DNA from: Pseudomonadota bacterium
GTDB taxonomy: Bacteria; UBA10199; 2-02-FULL-44-16; JAAZCA01
DNA length: 22,248 nt
NCBI GenBank assembly: GCA_043822785.1
Contig: JBDRBN010000039.1
Coordinates: forward strand, 1 to 22,248
Reading direction: 5' to 3'
In this document: in pieces, positions 1 through 7,638 of the stretch
How the letters are laid out: every line of letters starts with the position of its first letter
How positions within the stretch are numbered: position 1 is the first letter of the stretch
Notes under the pieces: model-generated
The model's database searches: none
What the model was told of the DNA's origin: nothing
What the model saw: only the letters and a program-made list of their open reading frames with translations
Position numbers and translations under genes: made by a program

Positions 1-138
1 TTTCGGCCTGCTTGCTCTCTCGCCCGGGCTTCATACAGTCAAGTCGCCTTGCTGCATGCCGGCTCTGATACAGCGTGCGTCAGGTCGCTTCGCTGATCCG
101 TCTCAAACGGACTGGCCTTCACAAACCTCGTGGCGCAC
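1..138 (-). mobile_element. Probable group II intron (IIB-like), 5' end / domain I, truncated by the window edge
   Basis: The minus strand from 138 reads GTGCGCCACGAGG..., the canonical GUGYG 5' boundary. A TCCGT/ACGGA hairpin follows (97-111, IB-like). Next is an IC1-like stem, CCGG-CATGCAG-CAAG-GCGA-CTTG-A-CTGTATG-AAGC-CCGG (62->24), with a GNRA tetraloop and an AGC-containing bulge (theta / epsilon'-like), then GCAGGCCGAAA. No RT ORF or domain V lies inside the window. Confidence 0.7.
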
Positions 139-208
139 ATAGAAATGGCATTTGCACGCAAGAGGGGTTTCTTGTCAACGCACAAGGCGTGTGTTAAATA
201 GGTCTACA

Positions 209-937
209 ATGGATGGATGCCTGATAATACACGGCCTTACCGGTACTCCTGCCACAGTCGCCTCGCTTAGAGACGGTCTTCTCAAAGCAGGGTTTAGCGT
301 ATCTGTTCCTTATCTTGCTGGCCACGGAAGCACCCTCGAGGATCTGGCGCGCGCCACTCGTGAGGAGTGGTATGATACAGTGCGCATCGCGTTCGATGCC
401 ATGCGCCGCGAGGTAGATCGCGTATTCTGCGCAGGCATATCGCTGGGCTCGCTTTTGGCCATGAAACTCGCACTTGATGAAGGGTGGGGCGTCAGGGCGC
501 TGGCTCTTCTTGCAACGCCGCTTAAACTCTCGTTTATGGAAAGCATAGCTGTGCCAGCTGTCAGATATAGCCCATTGCGCTGGATGCTTCGCGCAGTGCC
601 CAAGGATATAAAGCGAAGCGTTGCAGATCCTGAAGGGCAAAAGCGCTACAACGAGTTGTCGTTGCCAATGATACCCACGAACTCGGTATTTGAGATAAGC
701 GATCTGCAGCGCGAGCTGCTTTCAAGCATAGGGCGCATCACAAACCCCATTCTCTTAGTTCACGGAAAGCACGATACGGTTGCTCCACCAAAAAACATTG
801 ATATAGTGAAAAATAAAGTGAAATCCGATATAGTGCAGTCCATCATCCTGCCGAATTCGCGCCATGTCATCACCATGGATTATGATAGGGCTGATGTGGC
901 AAGGGCTGTAGTGAACTTCTTTAAGAATTTTGCTTGA
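209..937 (+). CDS. Alpha/beta hydrolase, carboxylesterase / monoacylglycerol lipase-like
   Basis: HGLTG oxyanion motif near the N-terminus, GISLG nucleophile elbow (GxSxG), and candidate catalytic Asp (HDTV) and His (RHVIT). The ATG at 209 (MDGCLIIHG) fits the family start better than the TTG at 152. Confidence 0.88.
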   Translation: MDGCLIIHGLTGTPATVASLRDGLLKAGFSVSVPYLAGHGSTLEDLARATREEWYDTVRIAFDAMRREVDRVFCAGISLGSLLAMKLALDEGWGVRALALLATPLKLSFMESIAVPAVRYSPLRWMLRAVPKDIKRSVADPEGQKRYNELSLPMIPTNSVFEISDLQRELLSSIGRITNPILLVHGKHDTVAPPKNIDIVKNKVKSDIVQSIILPNSRHVITMDYDRADVARAVVNFFKNFA

Positions 938-955
938 ATGCATAATTTGTTTAGG

Positions 956-976
956 AAAAGCGCAAAGCGCTTTTTT
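956..976 (+). terminator. Short hairpin, terminator-like / dispersed repeat
   Basis: AAAAGCGC-AAA-GCGCTTTT(TT) lies 18 nt after the esterase stop. The identical 20-mer occurs inverted at 17899-17918. Confidence 0.5.
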
Positions 977-1022
977 ACGGACGCGGATGCGGGCTCGGAA
1001 GCGTTTTTTTCAATAGGAGGAT

Positions 1023-1670
1023 ATGATGAAAAAGCTTTGGCTCTTAGCGCTGATCATAATTTTAGCAGTGCCTTGCTATGCATTTGCCCAAGACGAGGTA
1101 ATAGAAGAGGTGATCGAAGCTGATGTGGCTCCTTCTATCTCAAAAGATCTTGCGTACGAGAAAACAGAGCAGGGCTATGGCAAAAAGCGCACTGAGCAAA
1201 CTGCCCAGGCGTGCCAAAGCTCAAGCACATTCTTAAGCGATCGCAAGGGTCGCTTTCGTGTAGGTTTAGTAGGCCCTGGCTATGCTGTGGCAAATAAAGG
1301 CGCAGGCTCTATGATGGCGATGGGCGTTGAGGGCGAGTATTTCTTTTGGGATAAGCTATCAGCTGGGATGCGCATAGAGGTGGCAACGGATTTTGACGAT
1401 ATAACTCTCTTGAGCTTTGTGCCCAGGGCGCGCTACGTGTTCGACCTCACAAATCATCCGCGCTGGTCCATATATGTGCAAGGCGGCGTGGGGCTTGCTC
1501 TTTACAATGCCAAGCATGCAGCAGCAGACATCGCCATACCGGGCGGCGGGTTTTGGTGGCAGTGGACTGATAACTGGTCGGTCGGCGCTGATGCTTCTAT
1601 GCACATCTTGGTGCGCAGCACAACAGCAGTTGGCTTTACCATCGGCCCAGCTATAAGGTATCAATTTTAA
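1023..1670 (+). CDS. Outer-membrane beta-barrel protein (small OmpA/OmpW-type barrel)
   Basis: AGGAGG RBS at 1015-1020, Sec signal peptide ending AFA|QD, amphipathic beta strands with aromatic ends, and a C-terminal ...IRYQF beta-signal. Confidence 0.75.
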   Translation: MMKKLWLLALIIILAVPCYAFAQDEVIEEVIEADVAPSISKDLAYEKTEQGYGKKRTEQTAQACQSSSTFLSDRKGRFRVGLVGPGYAVANKGAGSMMAMGVEGEYFFWDKLSAGMRIEVATDFDDITLLSFVPRARYVFDLTNHPRWSIYVQGGVGLALYNAKHAAADIAIPGGGFWWQWTDNWSVGADASMHILVRSTTAVGFTIGPAIRYQF

Positions 1671-1672
1671 AT

Positions 1673-2326
1673 ATGGGCAAACCTCTAATCATATTTGATT
1701 TTGACGGCGTGATCGTGGATACGGTCAAGTTTCTCGAAGCAGAGATTCGCAAAAAACTCTCTGAGCTTGGCTATAACTTTATGGAGTCCAGAAAAGAAAC
1801 GCTCGATCTGTTTGAAGACAACATCGTGGTGGCACTCATCGAGCATGGGCTTACGCCAGAGGATATGTGCGCTGTGTGGGAACACATCCAGGATGTAACT
1901 GAAAAAGGCGATATCAAATTGTGTGCAGGCATCAGGAAGATGCTGGAAGAGCTTAAGGACAAATGCGATATGGCGATCGTATCGTCCAATTCCAGCACTG
2001 CCATACGTAGCGTGCTGGATAGATTAGACGTGTGTTCCTTTTTCTTTGCCGTGTCAGGTGGCGATGAGGCGCTTTCTAAGACCGAGCGCATAAAGAGATG
2101 CATGAAAGAGCTGGGCACAAAGCCATCGCGCACCTTTTATGTTGGTGATACTGTGGGGGATGTGCACGAAGCTCATGAAGCAGGCGTTGCGGCCATTGCA
2201 GTGCAGTGGGGCATGCACCCTGAAGAGAGGCTTAAGGCTGCATCCCCAGAATTTATCATGAAAGATCCCCGTACTCTGATGAACATGCTGAGCGCAACTG
2301 CAGATGAGGACAGCACGGAGACTTAA
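1673..2326 (+). CDS. HAD-superfamily hydrolase (phosphoglycolate phosphatase-like)
   Basis: Motif I FDFDGVIVDT, motif II VSSN, motif III Lys (SK), motif IV YVGDTVGD. Confidence 0.88.
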   Translation: MGKPLIIFDFDGVIVDTVKFLEAEIRKKLSELGYNFMESRKETLDLFEDNIVVALIEHGLTPEDMCAVWEHIQDVTEKGDIKLCAGIRKMLEELKDKCDMAIVSSNSSTAIRSVLDRLDVCSFFFAVSGGDEALSKTERIKRCMKELGTKPSRTFYVGDTVGDVHEAHEAGVAAIAVQWGMHPEERLKAASPEFIMKDPRTLMNMLSATADEDSTET

Positions 2327-3279
2327 AGCTTGTTAGTGCGCGATTCAGAACTCCACAAATTTAGAAACGGTGCAAGCTTTGTAGTGACGGCGACGATTTT
2401 GCCTTCTGAGGTAATACTTATTTTATCTAGGATCGATATGAGCGGCGCGTTGTTTTCCTGCTGAATCATCATGAGCGAGCGCACGCCCTCTAAAAACATG
2501 CGCACGTTCATGGCTGCGAGTTGCCCTTCGCAGGGCACGTGCGCTGTAAGCATTATGCCATCCTTGCTTGAAAAATCCAGGCTATCAGGCATGACGATCA
2601 TTTTGGGCGTAAGGTCTTTTACCCTTTTTCCGATCTTGATGTGGCCAAACAACACATCATCAGACATGCGCTTTATGTTTTTGCTGGCCTCAGGTTTTTT
2701 TAGAAAAAATGCTTCCAGCGCGTCTCTTTCACCCACGGCCATGTGCTTATCATCCAAGAGCATAAATCCAAAGGGACTGCGATTATCGCTCTCGTAGTAT
2801 AGCGTGGACCATTTAAGATCTCTTGCTGAAATTCCAGCCCTGTTGGCAGACATGGCAGCGCGTATGCTGGGAAGCATTGTTTTCTCGTCAAACTGTCCTT
2901 GTGCTATAATCATAAGCTTAGAAGCTGTGTCCTTATCCCCCAGTATGCCAGCCACACTTATGAGCCCTATCCCCCCTTCGTTATTCAGAAGGGCATCGAT
3001 GAGTTCTGCTGCTACGCCAGTGCGCCCGTTGGCGATCTCTGTGAGCCTAAACTTAAGATCAGGATTTGCCAGCGCGCGCGGCACATCCACTGTGATGTCG
3101 AATTCTGCATCTTGGGGAATCCATTGAGAAAGCTGTGTGAACTTAATCTCTGTGGAAGCACTTGCTTGGTATGCCGGCTTTTTGATCCTTAAACTGGTGT
3201 CCTGAAGAAACAGGGCGATTATGCAAAGCGCTGCTGCTATGATAGCGATATAAATAATGTTGCGCGCATGCTTGTTCAT
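2323..3279 (-). CDS. Hypothetical membrane-anchored (periplasmic) protein
   Basis: 318-aa ORF with a single N-terminal hydrophobic helix (IIYIAIIAAALCIIALFL) and a GGAGG-like RBS. Its start overlaps the stop of the upstream nucleosidase gene (ATGA overlap at 3276-3279). No family recognised. Confidence 0.75.
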   Translation of the reverse strand: MNKHARNIIYIAIIAAALCIIALFLQDTSLRIKKPAYQASASTEIKFTQLSQWIPQDAEFDITVDVPRALANPDLKFRLTEIANGRTGVAAELIDALLNNEGGIGLISVAGILGDKDTASKLMIIAQGQFDEKTMLPSIRAAMSANRAGISARDLKWSTLYYESDNRSPFGFMLLDDKHMAVGERDALEAFFLKKPEASKNIKRMSDDVLFGHIKIGKRVKDLTPKMIVMPDSLDFSSKDGIMLTAHVPCEGQLAAMNVRMFLEGVRSLMMIQQENNAPLISILDKISITSEGKIVAVTTKLAPFLNLWSSESRTNKL

Positions 3280-4025
3280 CGCGCTTCCTCCTTAAGCCAC
3301 GCGTCCACAAAAGAGGTGATAGCCTCTCTGGCCTGCGTGGCAAAGTACTCGATCTTGGTAAGCTTTAGCACGTCAGCAGGTTTTCTTATGAGATGGCTTG
3401 CCAGGGCAAAGCCGTCTGTGCTGCCGTTTTCAGCTATTGCGCCTGTAAGATCCGGAAGATGATAGTCGAGCGGATCCAGAACTGCGCGCACTACCAGATA
3501 GGGTACTGCTGCTTTGCTGCACGCATGCGCAAGCTGGGCGCTCTCCATATCTATGCCTATGCACGAATGCTGGGTTGCCAAAAAGGCCTTGTCGTGCGGA
3601 GAGTTTACAACGCTATCCACTGTAACGAGCGCACCTACGCTGCCCCGCATGCCTGTGTTTTGGATGAGCTTGTTTGCGCGCAGCACAAGATTCTTATCCG
3701 CCTCATGGCGCTGGCCTGTATTTGAATCGATAACGCTCTCTGCTATGACCAGATCGCCTGGCTGCAGCGCGGGATCAGCACCACCACAATAGCCAGTATG
3801 GATGATGAGCTCAGGCCTATGCATGGCAAGCATATGGCCCATGGTGCTAGCCATGGATTTTGGACCAATGCCAGTGCGCACGAGCAACAAGGGATGATGA
3901 TCATAGGTGCCCCTGGTTATAAGCCCGGGACGTACGTGGATGCGAGTATCTACACACATCTTAGAGCAAATTATGCGGGTTTCATCATCGAGTGCAGAGA
4001 CTATGGCAAGAGGAACCTTGAGCAT
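3276..4025 (-). CDS. hpnG: Nucleoside phosphorylase / MTA-SAH nucleosidase fold protein, probable adenosylhopane nucleosidase
   Basis: PNP/MTAN-fold motifs TGIG, TGYCGG...PGDLVIA, IDMESA and VRAVLD. The hpnG call rests on adjacency to hpnH. Confidence 0.72.
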   Translation of the reverse strand: MLKVPLAIVSALDDETRIICSKMCVDTRIHVRPGLITRGTYDHHPLLLVRTGIGPKSMASTMGHMLAMHRPELIIHTGYCGGADPALQPGDLVIAESVIDSNTGQRHEADKNLVLRANKLIQNTGMRGSVGALVTVDSVVNSPHDKAFLATQHSCIGIDMESAQLAHACSKAAVPYLVVRAVLDPLDYHLPDLTGAIAENGSTDGFALASHLIRKPADVLKLTKIEYFATQAREAITSFVDAWLKEEAR

Positions 4026-4060
4026 GATTCGGTTTTACGAACAGGTGCAGAGGAAGTCAA

Positions 4061-5062
4061 TTAGAACAACGTCCACTTGGCCATCGTGAGGGCGTCTTTT
4101 AAGGTAGAGGTAGCTGAAAGGGCTACGGTGGGCTCGAACCCGCAATGGCACATGCAGTTTGTGCATCGCTTATCATTTCCTGGTCCGTATTGATCCCAGT
4201 TTACATCATTTATAAAACTCTCAAACGAATCATAGTGCTCGTCTGTGATGAGGTAACAAGGCGCTTTCCAACCGAGCACGTTGTATGTAACATTGCCCCA
4301 AGGCGTGCATGGAAAGTCGTGCGCACCTGCCAAGAAATCCAAAAACAGCGGCGTACTCCACACCTTTTTGCTGCGCCCTTTTTCGCGAAGCTCTGTAAAC
4401 TTCTGCATTATAGCATTGCGTGTGAGAAATACAGACTGATCCTCTACATCAGAGTAATCAAAGGCAGGCGATAGCAAAATGCCGTCTATTCTTAGGCCCT
4501 CTAGATAATCGATGAGCGCGGCTATCTCTTTGGTATCAGTTTGCTTGTAGACTGTTGTGTTAGTGCATACCGTAAACCCAGCCTTTTTGGCAGCCACGAT
4601 GCCTGCCACTGCTTTGTCAAACGCACCCTGTTTTTCTACGATGGTATCATGCGTTTTTGCCAAACCATCCAGGTGCACGTTTATGTTAAAGAGCTTGTGT
4701 GGCTTAAACAGGTGAAGCTTCTTGTCCAAAACTTGGCCGTTTGTACACAGATATACCACGCGGCCCCTGGCTATGGTTTGTTCTACGAGCTCCTTAATTT
4801 GTGGATAAATCAAAGGCTCGCCACCGCAGATAGAGACCACAGGCGCATCAGAATCATCGATGGCAGAAAGACATTGCTCAAGCGTTAACATCTCGGACAT
4901 CTGGTCTTTGTATTCGCGAATCCTGCCGCATCCTGTGCATGAGAGGTTGCAGGCATGAAGCGGCTCTAGCATGAGCACGAGCGGAAAGCGCTTCTTACCC
5001 TGCTTTTTCATGCGGCTGATATAACGGGCCACTGCCATTGTTTGCTTAAAAGGAAATCTCAC
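4061..5062 (-). CDS. hpnH: Adenosyl-hopene transferase, radical SAM
   Basis: RFPLVLMLEPLHACNLSCTGCGRI (CxxxCxxC), GGEP, LCTNG, CTPWG...PCYL, and YGPGNDKRCTNCMCHCGFEP, all typical of HpnH. Likely GTG start at 5062 (MRFPF) after GGAGG. Confidence 0.92.
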   Translation of the reverse strand: MRFPFKQTMAVARYISRMKKQGKKRFPLVLMLEPLHACNLSCTGCGRIREYKDQMSEMLTLEQCLSAIDDSDAPVVSICGGEPLIYPQIKELVEQTIARGRVVYLCTNGQVLDKKLHLFKPHKLFNINVHLDGLAKTHDTIVEKQGAFDKAVAGIVAAKKAGFTVCTNTTVYKQTDTKEIAALIDYLEGLRIDGILLSPAFDYSDVEDQSVFLTRNAIMQKFTELREKGRSKKVWSTPLFLDFLAGAHDFPCTPWGNVTYNVLGWKAPCYLITDEHYDSFESFINDVNWDQYGPGNDKRCTNCMCHCGFEPTVALSATSTLKDALTMAKWTLF

Positions 5063-5124
5063 CTTGCCTCCATGAGGGCCATGAGCCCTAGCATGCATAG
5101 GCAGTGAATACAATGGGATAAACA

Positions 5125-5151
5125 TTTTCTCGCTTGTCTCGCGTTTCTCGC
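5125..5151 (+). repeat. 3 x 9-bp micro-array (NTKTCTCGC), copy 1
   Basis: TTTTCTCGC TTGTCTCGC GTTTCTCGC in the divergent hpnH/atp intergenic region; 25/27 identical to 6999-7025. Confidence 0.7.
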
Positions 5152-5187
5152 ATGTATAGAGTAGTCACCTTCAAGGGGGTATCTCGC

Positions 5188-5424
5188 GTGCCAAAGGACT
5201 TATCATCTTTTGCAGCTTACGGCATATACGGCGCTGCAGGTTTGCAGCTGGCTATTAGCGTGGTGGCATTTTTATTTATTGGCGATTATGCAGACGAAAA
5301 ACTCGGAACTTCGCCCTGGCTTACAGTAACAGGCCTGATACTGGGCTTTATCGGCGGCATGGTAAATCTCATAAAAATAGTTAAGCGCATAAACATCGGG
5401 GGCGAGCCAAAGGATAAGACATGA
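5188..5424 (+). CDS. AtpZ/AtpI-family F0F1 ATP synthase accessory protein
   Basis: Two TM helices with the G.YADEKLGTSPWL...GLILG pattern of ATPase gene 1 proteins. First gene of the F0 operon. GTG start at 5188 is preferred but uncertain. Confidence 0.8.
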   Translation: MPKDLSSFAAYGIYGAAGLQLAISVVAFLFIGDYADEKLGTSPWLTVTGLILGFIGGMVNLIKIVKRINIGGEPKDKT

Positions 5425-5822
5425 CAACTTCACAAAACAAAAATCCCATACGTTCGCTTGCAAAGAGGGTGCTGTTAACAGCAGGTGTTGTGGCTTTGAT
5501 CATGGCAATTATAGCAGTAGCTGTTGGCACCACTGACAATGCTGTGTCAGTGGTTATTGGGTCGCTCGTGGCTATTGCAAGCTTTCTTGTGTTGGTTGCG
5601 GTTGTAGTTCAGACGCTTGGTCCAAGCAAGTGGTCAAAGGCTTTAGTAGCAGGCATTGGATTTTTAAAACTTGCTATTTTGGGCGCTGTTTTGTGGTGGC
5701 TGGTGGCAGATAAGATCATCGAGCCCATCACGTTTCTTGCTGGATTTTCCTCTGTGGTGGTGGCGCTTGTGATCGAGGGGCTTAGGTTAAAATCAGCGGG
5801 GTGTCATCGCGAGCCCCGATAG
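5421..5822 (+). CDS. atpI: ATP synthase subunit I (4-TM)
   Basis: Four hydrophobic helices, positioned between the AtpZ-like gene and atpB, with an ATGA overlap with the upstream gene. The last codons and stop lie inside a palindromic element. Confidence 0.75.
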   Translation: MTTSQNKNPIRSLAKRVLLTAGVVALIMAIIAVAVGTTDNAVSVVIGSLVAIASFLVLVAVVVQTLGPSKWSKALVAGIGFLKLAILGAVLWWLVADKIIEPITFLAGFSSVVVALVIEGLRLKSAGCHREPR

Positions 5823-5883
5823 GGGCGTGGCGATCTCCGTGGCATTAGGAGATTGCTTCGTCGCGATGCTCCTCGCAATGACA
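5802..5883. repeat. TGTCAT...ATGACA palindromic element (REP/RPE-like), copy A
   Basis: Terminal inverted repeat TGTCATCGCGAG / CTCGCAATGACA, internal hairpin GCCCC-GATA-GGGGC, and GCGATCTCC/GGAGATTGC arms. Shares the exact 20-mer TTAGGAGATTGCTTCGTCGC with 16281-16384. Confidence 0.85.
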
Positions 5884-5892
5884 ATAATAGAC

Positions 5893-6606
5893 ATGGAACC
5901 GTTTTCAATATTCACATATCTCACCGAGAAGTTTGGGGTGCTAAAGTCCTTGGGTGGGCCATATCTGGATGTGCTGACATCCGCGTTTGTGGCGCTTTTG
6001 TTAACGCTGTTTGCCTTTTTAGCTTGGCGCAAGATCAGGCACACTGAAACGCACCTGCTTCCAGATGGCCATGTAACTATCACCAACCTTTTAGAGATCA
6101 TAACCGAAGCAGTGTTAAGGCTCATGTCAAATATTATGGGCCCCCAAAGGGCAAGAACGCACCTGCCGCTCATAGGCTCGCTGTTTATCTTTATACTGGT
6201 CTCAGATCTGTTGGGCGTGGTGCCTGGCTTTTATCCTCCTACTGAAAACATTAACACAAACCTGGCCTGCGCTTTGGTGGTGTTTGTATATTACAACTAT
6301 TACGGAATAAGGGAGCAGGGAATTAAGAATTATTTTAAGAACATGGCAGGTCCTGTGATTTGGCTTGCGCCGCTTATCTTTAGCATCGAGGTCATAAGCC
6401 ATGTGGTGAGGCCGGTTTCGTTGTCTGTGCGACTTATGGGAAACATGACAGGCGATCACATGGTGTTGGGCATATTCTCTGATCTGGTGCCTTTATTTTT
6501 GCCCATTGTGTTTATGGGGCTTGCTATTTTTATCTCAGTAATGCAGGCATTTGTTTTTACACTTCTTTCGATGGTGTATATACAGATGGCGTGTACATCT
6601 GAGTAG
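5893..6606 (+). CDS. atpB: F0F1 ATP synthase subunit a
   Basis: PPTENINTN and [17 protein letters not shown] (essential Arg) and [12 protein letters not shown] motifs. The ATG at 5893 is chosen because the longer ORF begins inside the repeat. Confidence 0.95.
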   Translation: MEPFSIFTYLTEKFGVLKSLGGPYLDVLTSAFVALLLTLFAFLAWRKIRHTETHLLPDGHVTITNLLEIITEAVLRLMSNIMGPQRARTHLPLIGSLFIFILVSDLLGVVPGFYPPTENINTNLACALVVFVYYNYYGIREQGIKNYFKNMAGPVIWLAPLIFSIEVISHVVRPVSLSVRLMGNMTGDHMVLGIFSDLVPLFLPIVFMGLAIFISVMQAFVFTLLSMVYIQMACTSE

Positions 6607-6622
6607 CATTGAGGAGGCAATC

Positions 6623-6955
6623 ATGAAACGACTCGTTGCTTGGTTTTTTGGCGTAATCGCAATGTTCATTCCTGCTTTGGGCTTTGCGCAAGAGCAGGTT
6701 GCAGAAGCGGGCAAGGACGATTCTGGCCTAGTTAAGGCTGCGCTTGCAATAGGAGCTGGCCTTGCGATTGGGCTTGCTGCTGCTGGCGGTGGAGTTGGTC
6801 AGGGCAGGGCTGCTGGCCCGGCCTTGGAAGGTATTGCGCGTAACCCCGAGGCTGCAAGCAAGGTGATGACGCCCATGATCATAGCGCTTGCGCTTATCGA
6901 ATCGCTGGTCATCTACGCGCTCGTGATCGCATTCTTGCTACAAGGAAAGATTTAG
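6623..6955 (+). CDS. atpE: F0F1 ATP synthase subunit c with N-terminal signal-like extension
   Basis: GAGGAGG RBS, glycine-rich helix [24 protein letters not shown] loop, and LIESLVIY ion-binding Glu. Confidence 0.95.
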   Translation: MKRLVAWFFGVIAMFIPALGFAQEQVAEAGKDDSGLVKAALAIGAGLAIGLAAAGGGVGQGRAAGPALEGIARNPEAASKVMTPMIIALALIESLVIYALVIAFLLQGKI

Positions 6956-6983
6956 TTGTTTGTTGAGAAATACGAGATAGGTT

Positions 6984-7406
6984 TTATGCTTTTCTAGCTT
7001 TTCTCGCGTGTCTCGCCTTTCTCGCCAAATATGGAGGAAGGGGGCGTTTTTCGTGAATTGGCTTTCCTGAAAGCTCCATTATCATATCAAAGCTATCCGC
7101 AGTATTTTTATCTTTTAGTATGGCCTTTGCCTTTACCCTTTGGCCGCACCGCTCACACTGGTGCAAGATCACATACTCTTTTTGGGTGTGCGTGTAGATG
7201 CCAATGGGCCGCATCATGCCCTGGCATGTGTTTGCCCGATCCCCTGGGTTGATATCAACATGCTTGCACCACAAACAAAACGGGCAGTGATTGCGTGGTG
7301 CAGTCTTAGCTGTGGGCGGCACATCCTTGCCGCAGTGTTCGCACACAAACCCCTCGTTCACTACCTGAAATCGTTTTGTTTGCAGGGCCATTGGTTTGTC
7401 CCTCAT
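6984..7406 (-). CDS. RNHCP domain protein (putative zinc-binding)
   Basis: F.CEHCG...RNHCPFCLWCKHVD..PGDRA..C.G.M.P...H.CERCG. Start is 7406 or 7391. The basic ARK/ARH tail is encoded by a 9-mer repeat. Confidence 0.88.
   Translation of the reverse strand: MRDKPMALQTKRFQVVNEGFVCEHCGKDVPPTAKTAPRNHCPFCLWCKHVDINPGDRANTCQGMMRPIGIYTHTQKEYVILHQCERCGQRVKAKAILKDKNTADSFDMIMELSGKPIHEKRPLPPYLARKARHARKARKA
6990..7025 (+). repeat. 4 x 9-bp micro-array, copy 2
   Basis: TTTTCTAGC TTTTCTCGC GTGTCTCGC CTTTCTCGC, the same unit and orientation as 5125-5151. Confidence 0.7.
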
Positions 7407-7638
7407 CTTTTTGTTCGCCGATATGAACAGACGTTCATTTATTTGTACGCGGAGTGTTCAAAAGTCTGGGCTTTAATTTTCATACTAAGTGTATGAGTTA
7501 TTAATGAAAACAGAAAATATTATAATTGCCTTGATTGAGTATAGCCATTCTGTTAGCGAGTTATTTATGCCGTTTAGAAAAGCTCCAAAAAGCATCAGTG
7601 CTTCTGGCCGCGTGCAAATAAACTCTGGCGATGAGATT

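Noticed and set aside
152..208. N-terminal extension of the esterase ORF from TTG 152
   Set aside because: Not family-like and overlaps a probable divergent promoter region; ATG 209 is preferred.
938..1123. 61-aa ORF bridging the esterase and barrel genes
   Set aside because: Runs through a hairpin and repeat and overlaps the barrel gene, which has a strong RBS.
5827..5892. Extended atpB N-terminus (MAISVALGDCF...)
   Set aside because: It is a translation of the palindromic element.
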